A model generated the notes under the pieces. It was not told where the DNA came from and made no database searches. It saw only the letters and a list, made by a program, of their open reading frames with translations. A stretch of 20,222 nucleotides of DNA. It comes from a candidate division FCPU426 bacterium. GTDB taxonomy: Bacteria; Oederibacteriota; Muellerivitia; Muellerivitales; Muellerivitaceae. The number at the start of each line of letters is the position of its first letter. Position 1 is the first letter of the stretch. Location: assembly GCA_963738405.1 (NCBI GenBank), contig CAVTWJ010000015.1:1-20222 (forward strand), read 5' to 3'. Shown here piece after piece: positions 1-7,937 of the stretch. A program made the translations under genes and the position numbers.

Positions 1-480
1 CCCTCAATCGGGCCCGAGGAAACGACAGGGGAAGTTCACGACCGGCTTTCCCAATTGGGGGCACAAGGCCTGCTGGAGGCATTGGAGTTACTGGCGATGG
101 ACAAGGCGCCCCGAATACCCCAGGACCACGTATTAGCCAGCTTTTCTCCCAGTATCAAGCGGGAACAGTGCCGAGTGCGGTGGGAGAAGAACGCGCAGGA
201 AGTGGTGAACCAAATTCGAGGCCTGTCGCCCTGGCCGATTGCCGAAACGCAATGGGGTGATTTAAACCTGCGGCTTTTTTCCGCGAAGGCTTTGGAGACC
301 GGACTGGGGCAGGGCGCGCCCGGTGAAATTCTTTCGGTCACAAAAGAGGGAGTGGAAGTATCGGCTGGCCAGGGACGTGTGCTTTTAAAAGAAATACAGC
401 CGCCGGGGAAAAAACGCATGGGCGCATTCGATTTCACATTAGGTCATCCGGATTTCAAGTCAGGTGAAAGGTTGTCATGA
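1..480 (+). CDS. fmt: Methionyl-tRNA formyltransferase, C-terminal part (5'-truncated by the window edge)
   Basis: Frame 1 is open from base 1 (PSIGPEETTGEVHDRLSQLGAQGLLEAL...). It has Fmt C-domain motifs 'IRGLSPWP', 'PGEIL', 'V.AGQG.V.LKEIQPPGKKRM.A.DF..G'. It lies directly upstream of rsmB, the classic fmt-rsmB synteny. Confidence 0.95.
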   Translation, partial: PSIGPEETTGEVHDRLSQLGAQGLLEALELLAMDKAPRIPQDHVLASFSPSIKREQCRVRWEKNAQEVVNQIRGLSPWPIAETQWGDLNLRLFSAKALETGLGQGAPGEILSVTKEGVEVSAGQGRVLLKEIQPPGKKRMGAFDFTLGHPDFKSGERLS

Positions 481-2528
481 CACCCCCGCCGCGCAAACCC
501 TCTTCGAAGGGTCCTCGTAAACTCAAAGGGCCCTTTAAACCAAAAGGCCCATATAAAACAAAAGGGCCGAACGGCCTCAAAGGACCGACGGGGGCAAAAA
601 AAGTCTATAAACCCAGGGGAGAGAAGAGGTCTTACAAATCTCAAGAAACAAGCGGCCCCAAAGGCCCTGAAAATACTTTTGTGCCTATGAGCTTTCCTGT
701 CGCCCCTTCGGCTCAACCTGCTGTTGATATAAAAACACCGAAATTGCCGACGGTTAAAAAGGCTCCTCCGGCCCCAATCGGGGCTCCGGCACAAAGTCCT
801 GCGCCTCCTACTTCAAACGCGCCGAAATTTTCTCCCAATCCCAAATCTTTCGAGCGGCCTAAGGGGCCCTATAAGCTAAAAGGATCCTATCGTCCTGGGT
901 CGTCCGGATTCCGGCCTTCTGGCCAACGGCCGACTGGACCCGGCGGAGTCAGACCTCCTTTTCGCGGACCCCGCAAACCCGGCTCTTTTCGGCCAAGACT
1001 GGGTGCTCCGTCCTCGTCTGAACCGTCCAGCACAAGGCCTTCTGGCCCAAAACCCTTCATCCCACGCCCGTCCAGTTCTGGAGCCTCGGGTCAAGGGCCA
1101 TCCGGCCCAAGACTCTTTACCCCGAGACCCTCTGGCCCACGGCCTATCGGTTCAAGGCCGTCTAGTCCTCGACCCTCAGGGCCTCCTAGTGCTAGCGATA
1201 CCATTTCGCCTTCCCGTATGGAATCGGCAAAGGCGCTTTTGAAGATTGAAAAGGGTGCAAAGGTAGCGGATGTGATGGAAGTGAGGGGATTGATCCCCGA
1301 GGACATGGCCCTTTTCCGCGAATTGGTTTACGGCTGTACCAGACAAAAAAGGCTGTTGGATTACCACCTGGACAAACTTTGCCAATCGCCCTTCGCCAAA
1401 CTGCCCGTGGAGGTCAAGATTTCCCTGCGGTTAGGCATTTACCAGCTTTTGTTTCTAACTAGGGTACCGGCCCACGCGGCAGTGCATGAGGCGGTGAACC
1501 TGGTCAAGGGCGCGGGGCAGGAGGCGCTGGCGGGCTTTGCCAACGCGGTTTTGCGAAACGCCGAGATTAAAAAGACCGAATTTAAAATCGTGGGTGAGGA
1601 TGAAATGGACACCTTAGCCATCAAGTATTCCCACCCTACCTGGCTAGTCCGTCGCTGGGCCACCGGTCTTTCTTTGGATGGTTTATCGAGTGAAAATTTG
1701 GAAGGAGTTCTGGCGGCCGATAACAAACCCCATCCTGTTTTCTTAAGATCCAAACCCGACATGGGACAAAAAGTTCAGGATGATTTGAAGGTTCAAAATA
1801 TCCGGGTGGAACAGCTTCTTTGGCCGCCGAACAGCCTTCGGCTGCAAAGCCACGAGGGCGGGCTTTTTTCCGGCGACAGTTTCGGCCAGGGGGATTGGTT
1901 TGTGCAGGATTGGACTCCACAGGCCATGCTGGAGATGCTCCCTTTTGCCAATGTCTTCAGGGCCTGGGACGTCTGCGCGGCGCCCGGCGGCAAAACTGCG
2001 GGACTGGCCTGGAAACTGGGCGACAAGGGCGAGGTTTGGGCCACCGATTTTTCGAGCGTCCGGCGGGAAAAACTACACGAAAATCTGCGCCGTTTGGGCT
2101 TAACAAAGGTGCGGGTTTACGAGGAAATGATTAATAAAATTCCACCCTCCCAAAAATTTGACCTGGTGTGGGTGGACGCCCCGTGTAGCGGAACTGGGGT
2201 CTTGTCCCGCAGAGCTGATTTGAGGTGGAAACTGAAGCCCGAAGAGATTAAAAACCACGCCGGGCAGCAATTGATCCTTTTAGATGAGGTGCACGGGCAT
2301 TTGTATCCCAAGGGCTATCTGGTTTACAGCACCTGTTCTTTGGAAAAGGATGAAAACCAGGAAGTGATTCAGAAATATTTGGATTCCCACCCGGGTTGGG
2401 ATGTGGCGGTACCGGAGCCGCCTGTCGGCGTGACGCATGTGATGAAAGACAAGTGGGGTGTGACCTTTTTGCCGACCGAAGACCGAGACGGGGGCTTTTT
2501 ATCGGTGCTTCAGAAAAACAGAAATTAA
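477..2528 (+). CDS. rsmB: 16S rRNA m5C967 methyltransferase RsmB/Sun (NusB-like domain + SAM methyltransferase) with a long low-complexity N-terminal extension
   Basis: NusB-like 'RELVYG..RQ..LLD', 'LRLGIYQLLFL.RVPAHAAVHEAV.L', 'FANAVLR'; then 'YSHPTWLV', 'VQD', 'DVCAAPGGKT', 'DAPCSGTG' and 'YSTCS' (both catalytic Cys present). The start overlaps the fmt stop (ATGA, 477-480). Confidence 0.95.
   Translation: MTPPPRKPSSKGPRKLKGPFKPKGPYKTKGPNGLKGPTGAKKVYKPRGEKRSYKSQETSGPKGPENTFVPMSFPVAPSAQPAVDIKTPKLPTVKKAPPAPIGAPAQSPAPPTSNAPKFSPNPKSFERPKGPYKLKGSYRPGSSGFRPSGQRPTGPGGVRPPFRGPRKPGSFRPRLGAPSSSEPSSTRPSGPKPFIPRPSSSGASGQGPSGPRLFTPRPSGPRPIGSRPSSPRPSGPPSASDTISPSRMESAKALLKIEKGAKVADVMEVRGLIPEDMALFRELVYGCTRQKRLLDYHLDKLCQSPFAKLPVEVKISLRLGIYQLLFLTRVPAHAAVHEAVNLVKGAGQEALAGFANAVLRNAEIKKTEFKIVGEDEMDTLAIKYSHPTWLVRRWATGLSLDGLSSENLEGVLAADNKPHPVFLRSKPDMGQKVQDDLKVQNIRVEQLLWPPNSLRLQSHEGGLFSGDSFGQGDWFVQDWTPQAMLEMLPFANVFRAWDVCAAPGGKTAGLAWKLGDKGEVWATDFSSVRREKLHENLRRLGLTKVRVYEEMINKIPPSQKFDLVWVDAPCSGTGVLSRRADLRWKLKPEEIKNHAGQQLILLDEVHGHLYPKGYLVYSTCSLEKDENQEVIQKYLDSHPGWDVAVPEPPVGVTHVMKDKWGVTFLPTEDRDGGFLSVLQKNRN
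507..596 (+). repeat. Five tandem KGPxxx hexapeptide repeats (18-bp period) in the RsmB N-terminal extension
   Basis: KGPRKL-KGPFKP-KGPYKT-KGPNGL-KGPTGA read directly from the translation. Confidence 0.85.
1035..1185 (+). repeat. RPSGP-type pentapeptide repeats in the RsmB extension
   Basis: RPSGPKPFIPRPSSSG...GPSGPRLFTPRPSGP-RPIGS-RPSSP-RPSGP. Boundaries are approximate. Confidence 0.75.
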
Positions 2529-2542
2529 ACCGTGAGGTTTTT

Positions 2543-4102
2543 TTGAAGAAACTCATATTTCTTTTTATTTTATTTTTGGTGGTTGGCCCCATCTTCGCCG
2601 AGGACCCGGTTGAGTATGACCTGGTTTTGCTCAACGGCACCCTGGTGGATGGATCCGGGTTACCACCTTATCAAGGCGATATCGCCTTCAGGGACGGCAA
2701 GATCGCGGATGTGGGGAAATTACCCCCCTATGTAGCCAAGCGTGAAGTGGATGTGAAAGGGCTGGTGGTGGCCCCTGGTTTTATCGACCTGCTTTGCCAT
2801 AACGACTTGTTATGGTCCTTGGCTGAACAGCAGAAAGCTCTCCGCAGGGGGGTGACATCGGGTTTGGCGGGCAATTGCGGCTTTTCCATTCTCGACGTTG
2901 AAAAGAACCTTCAAAAACTGCAAAAACACCGGGGTCTGCTGAACCTTGGCACCCTATTAGGTCAGGGGAGCGTTCGCGATTGGTTCGTGAAGACGCAAAA
3001 ACAAAAAGTCCCCGATGCCATGGCCATGACCAAGATGAAAAATTTCGTCGAGGTCGGGTTGAAAGCGGGAGCTTTCGGCCTTTCCAGCGGTTTGGGCTAC
3101 GAGCCGGGGGAATGGTGCCAGAGCGCGGAGCTGGAGGATTTGGCTTCTGTTCTTTCCAAATATCCCCATGCGGTTTATTACACCCACATTCGAAATTACC
3201 GTTCAGGGGTTTTGGACGCCATTAGGGAAGCGCTTCATCTGGGAGAGGCGGATAAGGTGCCGGTAGTGATCCAGCACTTGCTGTTTAAACTTCCCAGCAA
3301 TTGGGACCAGACGGAAAGCGGTTTGCGGTTGCTCGAAGAGGCGAGAGGGAAGGGCCTGGAAGCTTACGCCACGGTGTACCCATACGATTTTTGGGGAAAC
3401 GAGGTTCAGATTCCTCTTTATCAGTTCCTCTACCTTCCCGAAGACTCGGCGGGATGGAATTTATACCATAACGAGGACAAGACTGAGGATGTGATGGCCC
3501 GCATCAAGCGCAGGCTTCAGGAATATGGGGGCGGGGATAAAATTGAAATTACCCGGGTGCGGGCTAAATCTTCCAAAACCGCTTTGGGCCTGACCTTGAA
3601 ACAACTGGCAGCGCAAAGGAAATTATCCGAAGAAAACACGGTCCTGGCGCTTTTGCTGGAGAACGGCAAAGACGTCAAGATTTGTTACCACGGCCTCTCG
3701 GAAGAGGGGTTGATCAAAAAGATCCAATCACCCTTCGTGCTCTTCGGCTCCGATTCCGCCGCCACCATCCCCCATCCCAGGGATGTGGGGGCTTTCCCAA
3801 GGCTTCTGGGCACCTATGTGAGGGACCGCCAGGTGATTCGGCTTTCGGAGGCCATTGAGAGGCTTACGAAAGAACCGGCGGCCATCCTGGGTTTGAAAGA
3901 CCGGGGCCAGCTTAAGAGCGGTTTTTGGGGCGATGTGGTAGTCTTCGACTACCAAACCATTGGCGATAGCGCAACGGCCGTGAACCCTGGGGTGCCGCCG
4001 ACTGGCATGAAGATGGTTTTCGTCAACGGACAGGAAGTTTTTGGCAAAGGCGGTTTTTTGAGCGGCTATCCCGGACAGGTTCTTCGGCGCACGGATAATT
4101 AA
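2543..4102 (+). CDS. N-acyl-D-amino-acid deacylase (D-aminoacylase)-like amidohydrolase with N-terminal signal peptide
   Basis: Motifs 'NGTLVDGSG', 'VVAPGFID', 'GVTS...GNCG', 'GAFGLSSGLGYEPG', 'THIR', 'IQH', 'GSD', 'HPR..GAFPRLLG.YVRD', 'L.DRG.L..G..GDVVVFD'. Start reassigned to TTG 2543 (GAGG RBS at 2534-2537; MKKLIFLFILFLVVGPIFA signal peptide) instead of 2396, which lies inside rsmB. Confidence 0.88.
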   Translation: MKKLIFLFILFLVVGPIFAEDPVEYDLVLLNGTLVDGSGLPPYQGDIAFRDGKIADVGKLPPYVAKREVDVKGLVVAPGFIDLLCHNDLLWSLAEQQKALRRGVTSGLAGNCGFSILDVEKNLQKLQKHRGLLNLGTLLGQGSVRDWFVKTQKQKVPDAMAMTKMKNFVEVGLKAGAFGLSSGLGYEPGEWCQSAELEDLASVLSKYPHAVYYTHIRNYRSGVLDAIREALHLGEADKVPVVIQHLLFKLPSNWDQTESGLRLLEEARGKGLEAYATVYPYDFWGNEVQIPLYQFLYLPEDSAGWNLYHNEDKTEDVMARIKRRLQEYGGGDKIEITRVRAKSSKTALGLTLKQLAAQRKLSEENTVLALLLENGKDVKICYHGLSEEGLIKKIQSPFVLFGSDSAATIPHPRDVGAFPRLLGTYVRDRQVIRLSEAIERLTKEPAAILGLKDRGQLKSGFWGDVVVFDYQTIGDSATAVNPGVPPTGMKMVFVNGQEVFGKGGFLSGYPGQVLRRTDN

Positions 4103-4184
4103 AAACCTTTAAAACCGGTGGTTGGATCAAGTTTTAGCTGTTTTGGCCGTTAGTCTATTCATGTTAAGGCTGGATACCCATTCA

Positions 4185-6587
4185 ATGACGACCTCAAGGT
4201 GTTTGTTTTTCCTCGCTTTGGTTGGCTTGTCTCTAGCGTGGGTTCGGAGGAGCTATGCGGCCCCAAGCCCCACACCTACCCTTACGCCGACAATTACCAA
4301 CACGCCTCTGCCTTCAAATACTCCGACGATTTCCTACACCCCAACCGATTCTCCCACCGCCAACCTGACCCTGACTCCGCCCTGTGGCGCCTCGGCGACT
4401 TATTTTGGCAATATCAACAGCGGTTCGGGAGGAGGGCCGGCGGCTGTTAGCCCAGGCATTTATGGAAGTATGTTTACGCTCAGTTATCCGGCTTCCATTT
4501 ACAGCTTGTCCGTTTACAGCGCGGCGCTCAGCGGCAGTAGTTCTATCATCGCGGGTATTTACAACGGCGGTGCCAGCGCAATTGGCTCCCTGGCGGTTCA
4601 ATCCTCTGCCCAACTCAATGTGAATGGATGGAATGGCCTCGCGCTTCCGGCAACCCAATTAAATCCCGGTACCTATTGGCTGGTTTATATGTATAGCGAA
4701 TCAGGTTATCCCGTAAATTATGTAAGCGGATCCGGCAGCATTGTTTATTCTACGGGGGCTCAAACCTTTGGCAGTCTTCCCCCCAACACACCCGTTAGCA
4801 TCGCTTATGGGGTGGGCAATGTTCCCATCTATGCCAACTTTTGCCGTATTCCCACGGCAACTCCAACCGTGACCCCTACGATCACCCAAACCTACACCCC
4901 AACCGTAACCCCGACATCCACCGTTACTTCCACGCCCACGGTGACAGGCACCATCAACACGAACACGCCGACACCCACGAATACCCTTACTCCTAGCCCA
5001 ACCTACACGGGTACCGCGACCAGCACCTCGACAGCGACTCCCAATCTTTCCATAACTCCGGATTGCGGCGCGTTAGCTATGAACTTTGGAAATACAGACC
5101 CAACTGATGAAACTAGCGGCCCTATTACGGCAGGTTATCTTTATGGATTCAGAGCTTGTGTTTATAATTTGCCGGTAACGGGTAACATCGAAGACATTTC
5201 CATATATTGCTTACCTCAAAGCAAAGGCGAGACGGCCATCGTGGGAATCTATTCTTCCCAATCCGTTTCAATGGGATCCCTTATTGAACAAGCAGCTCCA
5301 GCCAACCCGGCCTTGTCGGCTGGCTGGAATACCTTTAACGTTCCGGCAACGTTATTGCCGCCTGGAAACTATTGGTTGGCCTATATATTTTCTGCCCCAA
5401 CTAGCTTTGTTTTGGATTACCAATTATCCGGTCCAGCCAGTACTTTGGCTTATGCTCCTTCGAGTTCGGTTACTTCATTTGTCATGGATCAGAATGCTTC
5501 CAGCTATCCAGTTTTGTACAACACTGGGTCCGGAATTCACGATCTGATATATGCAAGCTATTGCCCGGCTTCCTTGGTTACCAATACACCCACGGTTTCC
5601 CCCACCCCGACCAATTCTCTGACCATTACTCCCAGCCCTACAATCACCAATAGCCCCACAAACACCTCAACATTTACCATTACCGATACCCCCACCATTA
5701 CGCAGACTCCGAGTTGGACCCCAACCCTCACTTTCACTCCAACGACAACCAATAGCCCGACCGCAACATTGACCTATACCCCTACCTATTCACCGACTGT
5801 GACCCAAACCTTTACCACTACCATGACCCCGACCTGGTCCCCAACGAGCACCTTGACCTCCACGGGGACCCAAACCCTGACGGTGACTTTGACCGCAACC
5901 GTTACAAATACGCTTACTTTCACCCTTTCCCCTACCAGCACTTTTACTGCCACCAACACGGGAACAGTGACCAACACTCCGAGCACGACCTTTACCCCCG
6001 TAAATACCAGTACCACCACCTTGACCGCGACCTTAACACAGACGCCCCCAACCACCTCTACATCAACCCTGACTCGGACGGCCACCCCGACCTTCACGGT
6101 TTCGCCCACCCAAACCGATTCTCCCACCTGGACCTCAAGCCCTACACCTACGGGAACGGTGACCGCTACGCCCACCCAGACTTCCACCTTGACGGTTTCG
6201 GACACGCCCACCTACACCCCATCCACGACGAATAGCCCGACCCCGACTTGGTCCGCGACTTCAACCGCGACATCTGGCTTGACCTTCACCCCTACGACCC
6301 TGCCCCTGGCAAACCAAACGCCCGTTTTGTACCCCAATCCGGTAAAAGGGAACGGGCCCCTTCAAATTTCGGCGGCCTTCAGCCAGCCCCATGATTATGT
6401 GACGATTAAAATTTTCACGACGGCCTATCGAAGAATTTACCAGCGCACTTGGACCTTTGTTCCGGCTGGGACCTATAGCTTCAGCCTGGATGATTTCAAC
6501 CTGGGGGCAACCAGCAACGGTCTTTATTACGCGGTCGTCACTACGCCTTCGGACCGTTGGTTATCTAAATTGTTGATATTGAGGTAA
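4185..6587 (+). CDS. Large secreted Thr/Pro-rich surface protein with two repeated Cys-bracketed beta-rich domains and a T9SS type A-like C-terminal domain
   Basis: Signal peptide-like 'MTTSRCLFFLALVGLSLAWVRRSYA'; T/P linkers; two homologous domains; C-terminus 'VLYPNPV...IKIFT...GLYYAVV...KLLILR'. The start could be ATG 4161 or 4185 (the ORF track gives TTG 4122). Confidence 0.8.
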   Translation: MTTSRCLFFLALVGLSLAWVRRSYAAPSPTPTLTPTITNTPLPSNTPTISYTPTDSPTANLTLTPPCGASATYFGNINSGSGGGPAAVSPGIYGSMFTLSYPASIYSLSVYSAALSGSSSIIAGIYNGGASAIGSLAVQSSAQLNVNGWNGLALPATQLNPGTYWLVYMYSESGYPVNYVSGSGSIVYSTGAQTFGSLPPNTPVSIAYGVGNVPIYANFCRIPTATPTVTPTITQTYTPTVTPTSTVTSTPTVTGTINTNTPTPTNTLTPSPTYTGTATSTSTATPNLSITPDCGALAMNFGNTDPTDETSGPITAGYLYGFRACVYNLPVTGNIEDISIYCLPQSKGETAIVGIYSSQSVSMGSLIEQAAPANPALSAGWNTFNVPATLLPPGNYWLAYIFSAPTSFVLDYQLSGPASTLAYAPSSSVTSFVMDQNASSYPVLYNTGSGIHDLIYASYCPASLVTNTPTVSPTPTNSLTITPSPTITNSPTNTSTFTITDTPTITQTPSWTPTLTFTPTTTNSPTATLTYTPTYSPTVTQTFTTTMTPTWSPTSTLTSTGTQTLTVTLTATVTNTLTFTLSPTSTFTATNTGTVTNTPSTTFTPVNTSTTTLTATLTQTPPTTSTSTLTRTATPTFTVSPTQTDSPTWTSSPTPTGTVTATPTQTSTLTVSDTPTYTPSTTNSPTPTWSATSTATSGLTFTPTTLPLANQTPVLYPNPVKGNGPLQISAAFSQPHDYVTIKIFTTAYRRIYQRTWTFVPAGTYSFSLDDFNLGATSNGLYYAVVTTPSDRWLSKLLILR
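5580..6300 (+). repeat. ~240-aa Thr-rich stalk with degenerate T-P-T-x-T-x hexapeptide periodicity
   Basis: TNTPTV SPTPTN SLTITP SPTITN SPTNTS TFTITD TPTITQ TPSWTP... with Thr/Ser at nearly every second residue. Confidence 0.85.
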
Positions 6588-6625
6588 GGACGGGATTGGG
6601 AATGGAATAGCCGGGTCGGGGAAAT

Positions 6626-6660
6626 AAAAAAGGCCGCTTCCTGAGGGAGGCGGCCTTTTT
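6626..6660. terminator. Bidirectional rho-independent terminator
   Basis: AAAAA-AGGCCGCTTCC-TGAG-GGAGGCGGCCT-TTTT: 11-bp GC-rich stem flanked by A and T runs, between convergent genes. Confidence 0.92.
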
Positions 6661-6678
6661 GTTTAACAGGGGAATGGT

Positions 6679-7824
6679 TTATATCTTTTTGGAGTAGACC
6701 CTGTATTTCTTGATGATTTTACCGCCCATGGCGGCGATGCCACTGTTAATACCCTCGTTGTCCTCAAGTGTCCAGGAAAGCTCTCCCCCCTTGATTTTGC
6801 GCTTCTTTCCAGTTTTGAGGGCTTCCAGATAAAGAACGGCCTCCAACCCTTTTTTTCGGTAATCGGGATGGATTCCCATGGCCATCTCCCGGGTGTCGTT
6901 GATCTTTCCAATGTTTGTGAGGAAAGTGATGAGGGCAAAGGGGGTTTTCAAAGAAAAAAGTTCCCCATCCATCTTTTTCAGAACCTGATTGACGTCTGGG
7001 ACCACCAGGTTAAAGCCGATGGCTTTATCATCCACTTCCGCGAAAACCACGAAATCGGGCCAGACGATGTCCTTTAGCTTATTGACCTGGTACTTGAACT
7101 CCGCATCGGTCATAGGCACAAAGCCCCAGTTTTTTTCCCAGATCTTGTTGTAAAGATCCTGAAGCACCTTCGCGTCCTCATAGAGCCGTTTCATGTTGAG
7201 AGGGCGGATGGTGATCCTTTCCCGCTTCTTGGTGCGCTCTGCGATTTTAACAATGCGTTCGGGGAGGTCAATTTCCGCCGAAAGATACCAGGCGTAGAGG
7301 TCCTTGGCCTTGGTATAGCCCGCTTTTTCAGCCAGAGGGAGGTAATAGGGCGGATTGTAGGTCATAGCGATGCGGGCGGGGGAATCGTAGCCTTCCAAAA
7401 GGAACCCGAAATAATCGTCATTGGAGGTAAAGCTGGCCGGCCCCCGTACTTCGCTGACGCCTTGGGATTTGAAAAACTTTTCCCCTTCCTGGAAGAGGGC
7501 GTTCGCCACGGCCTGGTCGTTGACGCATTCAAACCAGCCGAAAAAACCGACCTTCTCGTTCCAGAATTTATTGAAATTATCGTCCACGCTGGCGGAGATG
7601 CGGCCGACCAACTCGTTTTGATCGTTGAATGCCATGAAGAGTTGGGAGCGACTGTGCTGGTGATAAGGGTTTTTTTGCGGGTTCAGCAGGCTGCGCTGGT
7701 CATCCAAAAAGGGAGGGACCCAGTTCGGATCGCGTTGACCGCCGGGGGCGTAAATTTTCCAGGGCAAATGAAGGAAAATTTCGATTTCCTGTTTGGTGAC
7801 TGCGGTTTTAATCGTGATGCCCAA
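6679..7824 (-). CDS. GNAT-fold N-acyltransferase, bacterial ceramide synthase (bCerS)/YghO-like
   Basis: Family motifs 'F..LPW.IY...DPNWVPP....L.P.KNP', 'GRISA', 'GFFGWFE', 'RGP', 'G.L.EG', 'M.YNPPYY', 'W..NWGFVPMT..EF', 'PD.NQ', 'G..P.YR.KG', 'E.SW.LEDN', 'K.YR.Y'. TTG start with AAGGGGG RBS; immediately downstream of the spt-like gene. Confidence 0.8.
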   Translation of the reverse strand: MGITIKTAVTKQEIEIFLHLPWKIYAPGGQRDPNWVPPFLDDQRSLLNPQKNPYHQHSRSQLFMAFNDQNELVGRISASVDDNFNKFWNEKVGFFGWFECVNDQAVANALFQEGEKFFKSQGVSEVRGPASFTSNDDYFGFLLEGYDSPARIAMTYNPPYYLPLAEKAGYTKAKDLYAWYLSAEIDLPERIVKIAERTKKRERITIRPLNMKRLYEDAKVLQDLYNKIWEKNWGFVPMTDAEFKYQVNKLKDIVWPDFVVFAEVDDKAIGFNLVVPDVNQVLKKMDGELFSLKTPFALITFLTNIGKINDTREMAMGIHPDYRKKGLEAVLYLEALKTGKKRKIKGGELSWTLEDNEGINSGIAAMGGKIIKKYRVYSKKI

Positions 7825-7937
7825 GGTATCCCCCTTGAATAGAAAAGGTGATTCAAATAAGGCAAGATTTTATAGTTTTTAAGAGGAGGAGGACAAGTTT
7901 TTATGGAGCCGGGAAAGGGAATTAACCTTCTTGGAAC

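Noticed and set aside
55..480. 141-aa stand-alone ORF starting at 55
   Set aside because: The frame is open from base 1; this is the truncated C-terminal part of fmt.
2396..2542. Longer N-terminus for the amidohydrolase given in the ORF track
   Set aside because: It overlaps the rsmB 3' end by more than 130 bp; TTG 2543 has an RBS and gives a clean signal peptide.
5558..6211. Val-rich minus-strand ORFs (5558-5752, 5786-6211)
   Set aside because: They are antisense shadows of the Thr/Pro repeat region, with no RBS or independent features.
4250..6300. CRISPR array or DNA tandem repeat in the repetitive region
   Set aside because: The repetition is at the amino-acid level with diverged codons; there are no identical direct repeats with spacers.
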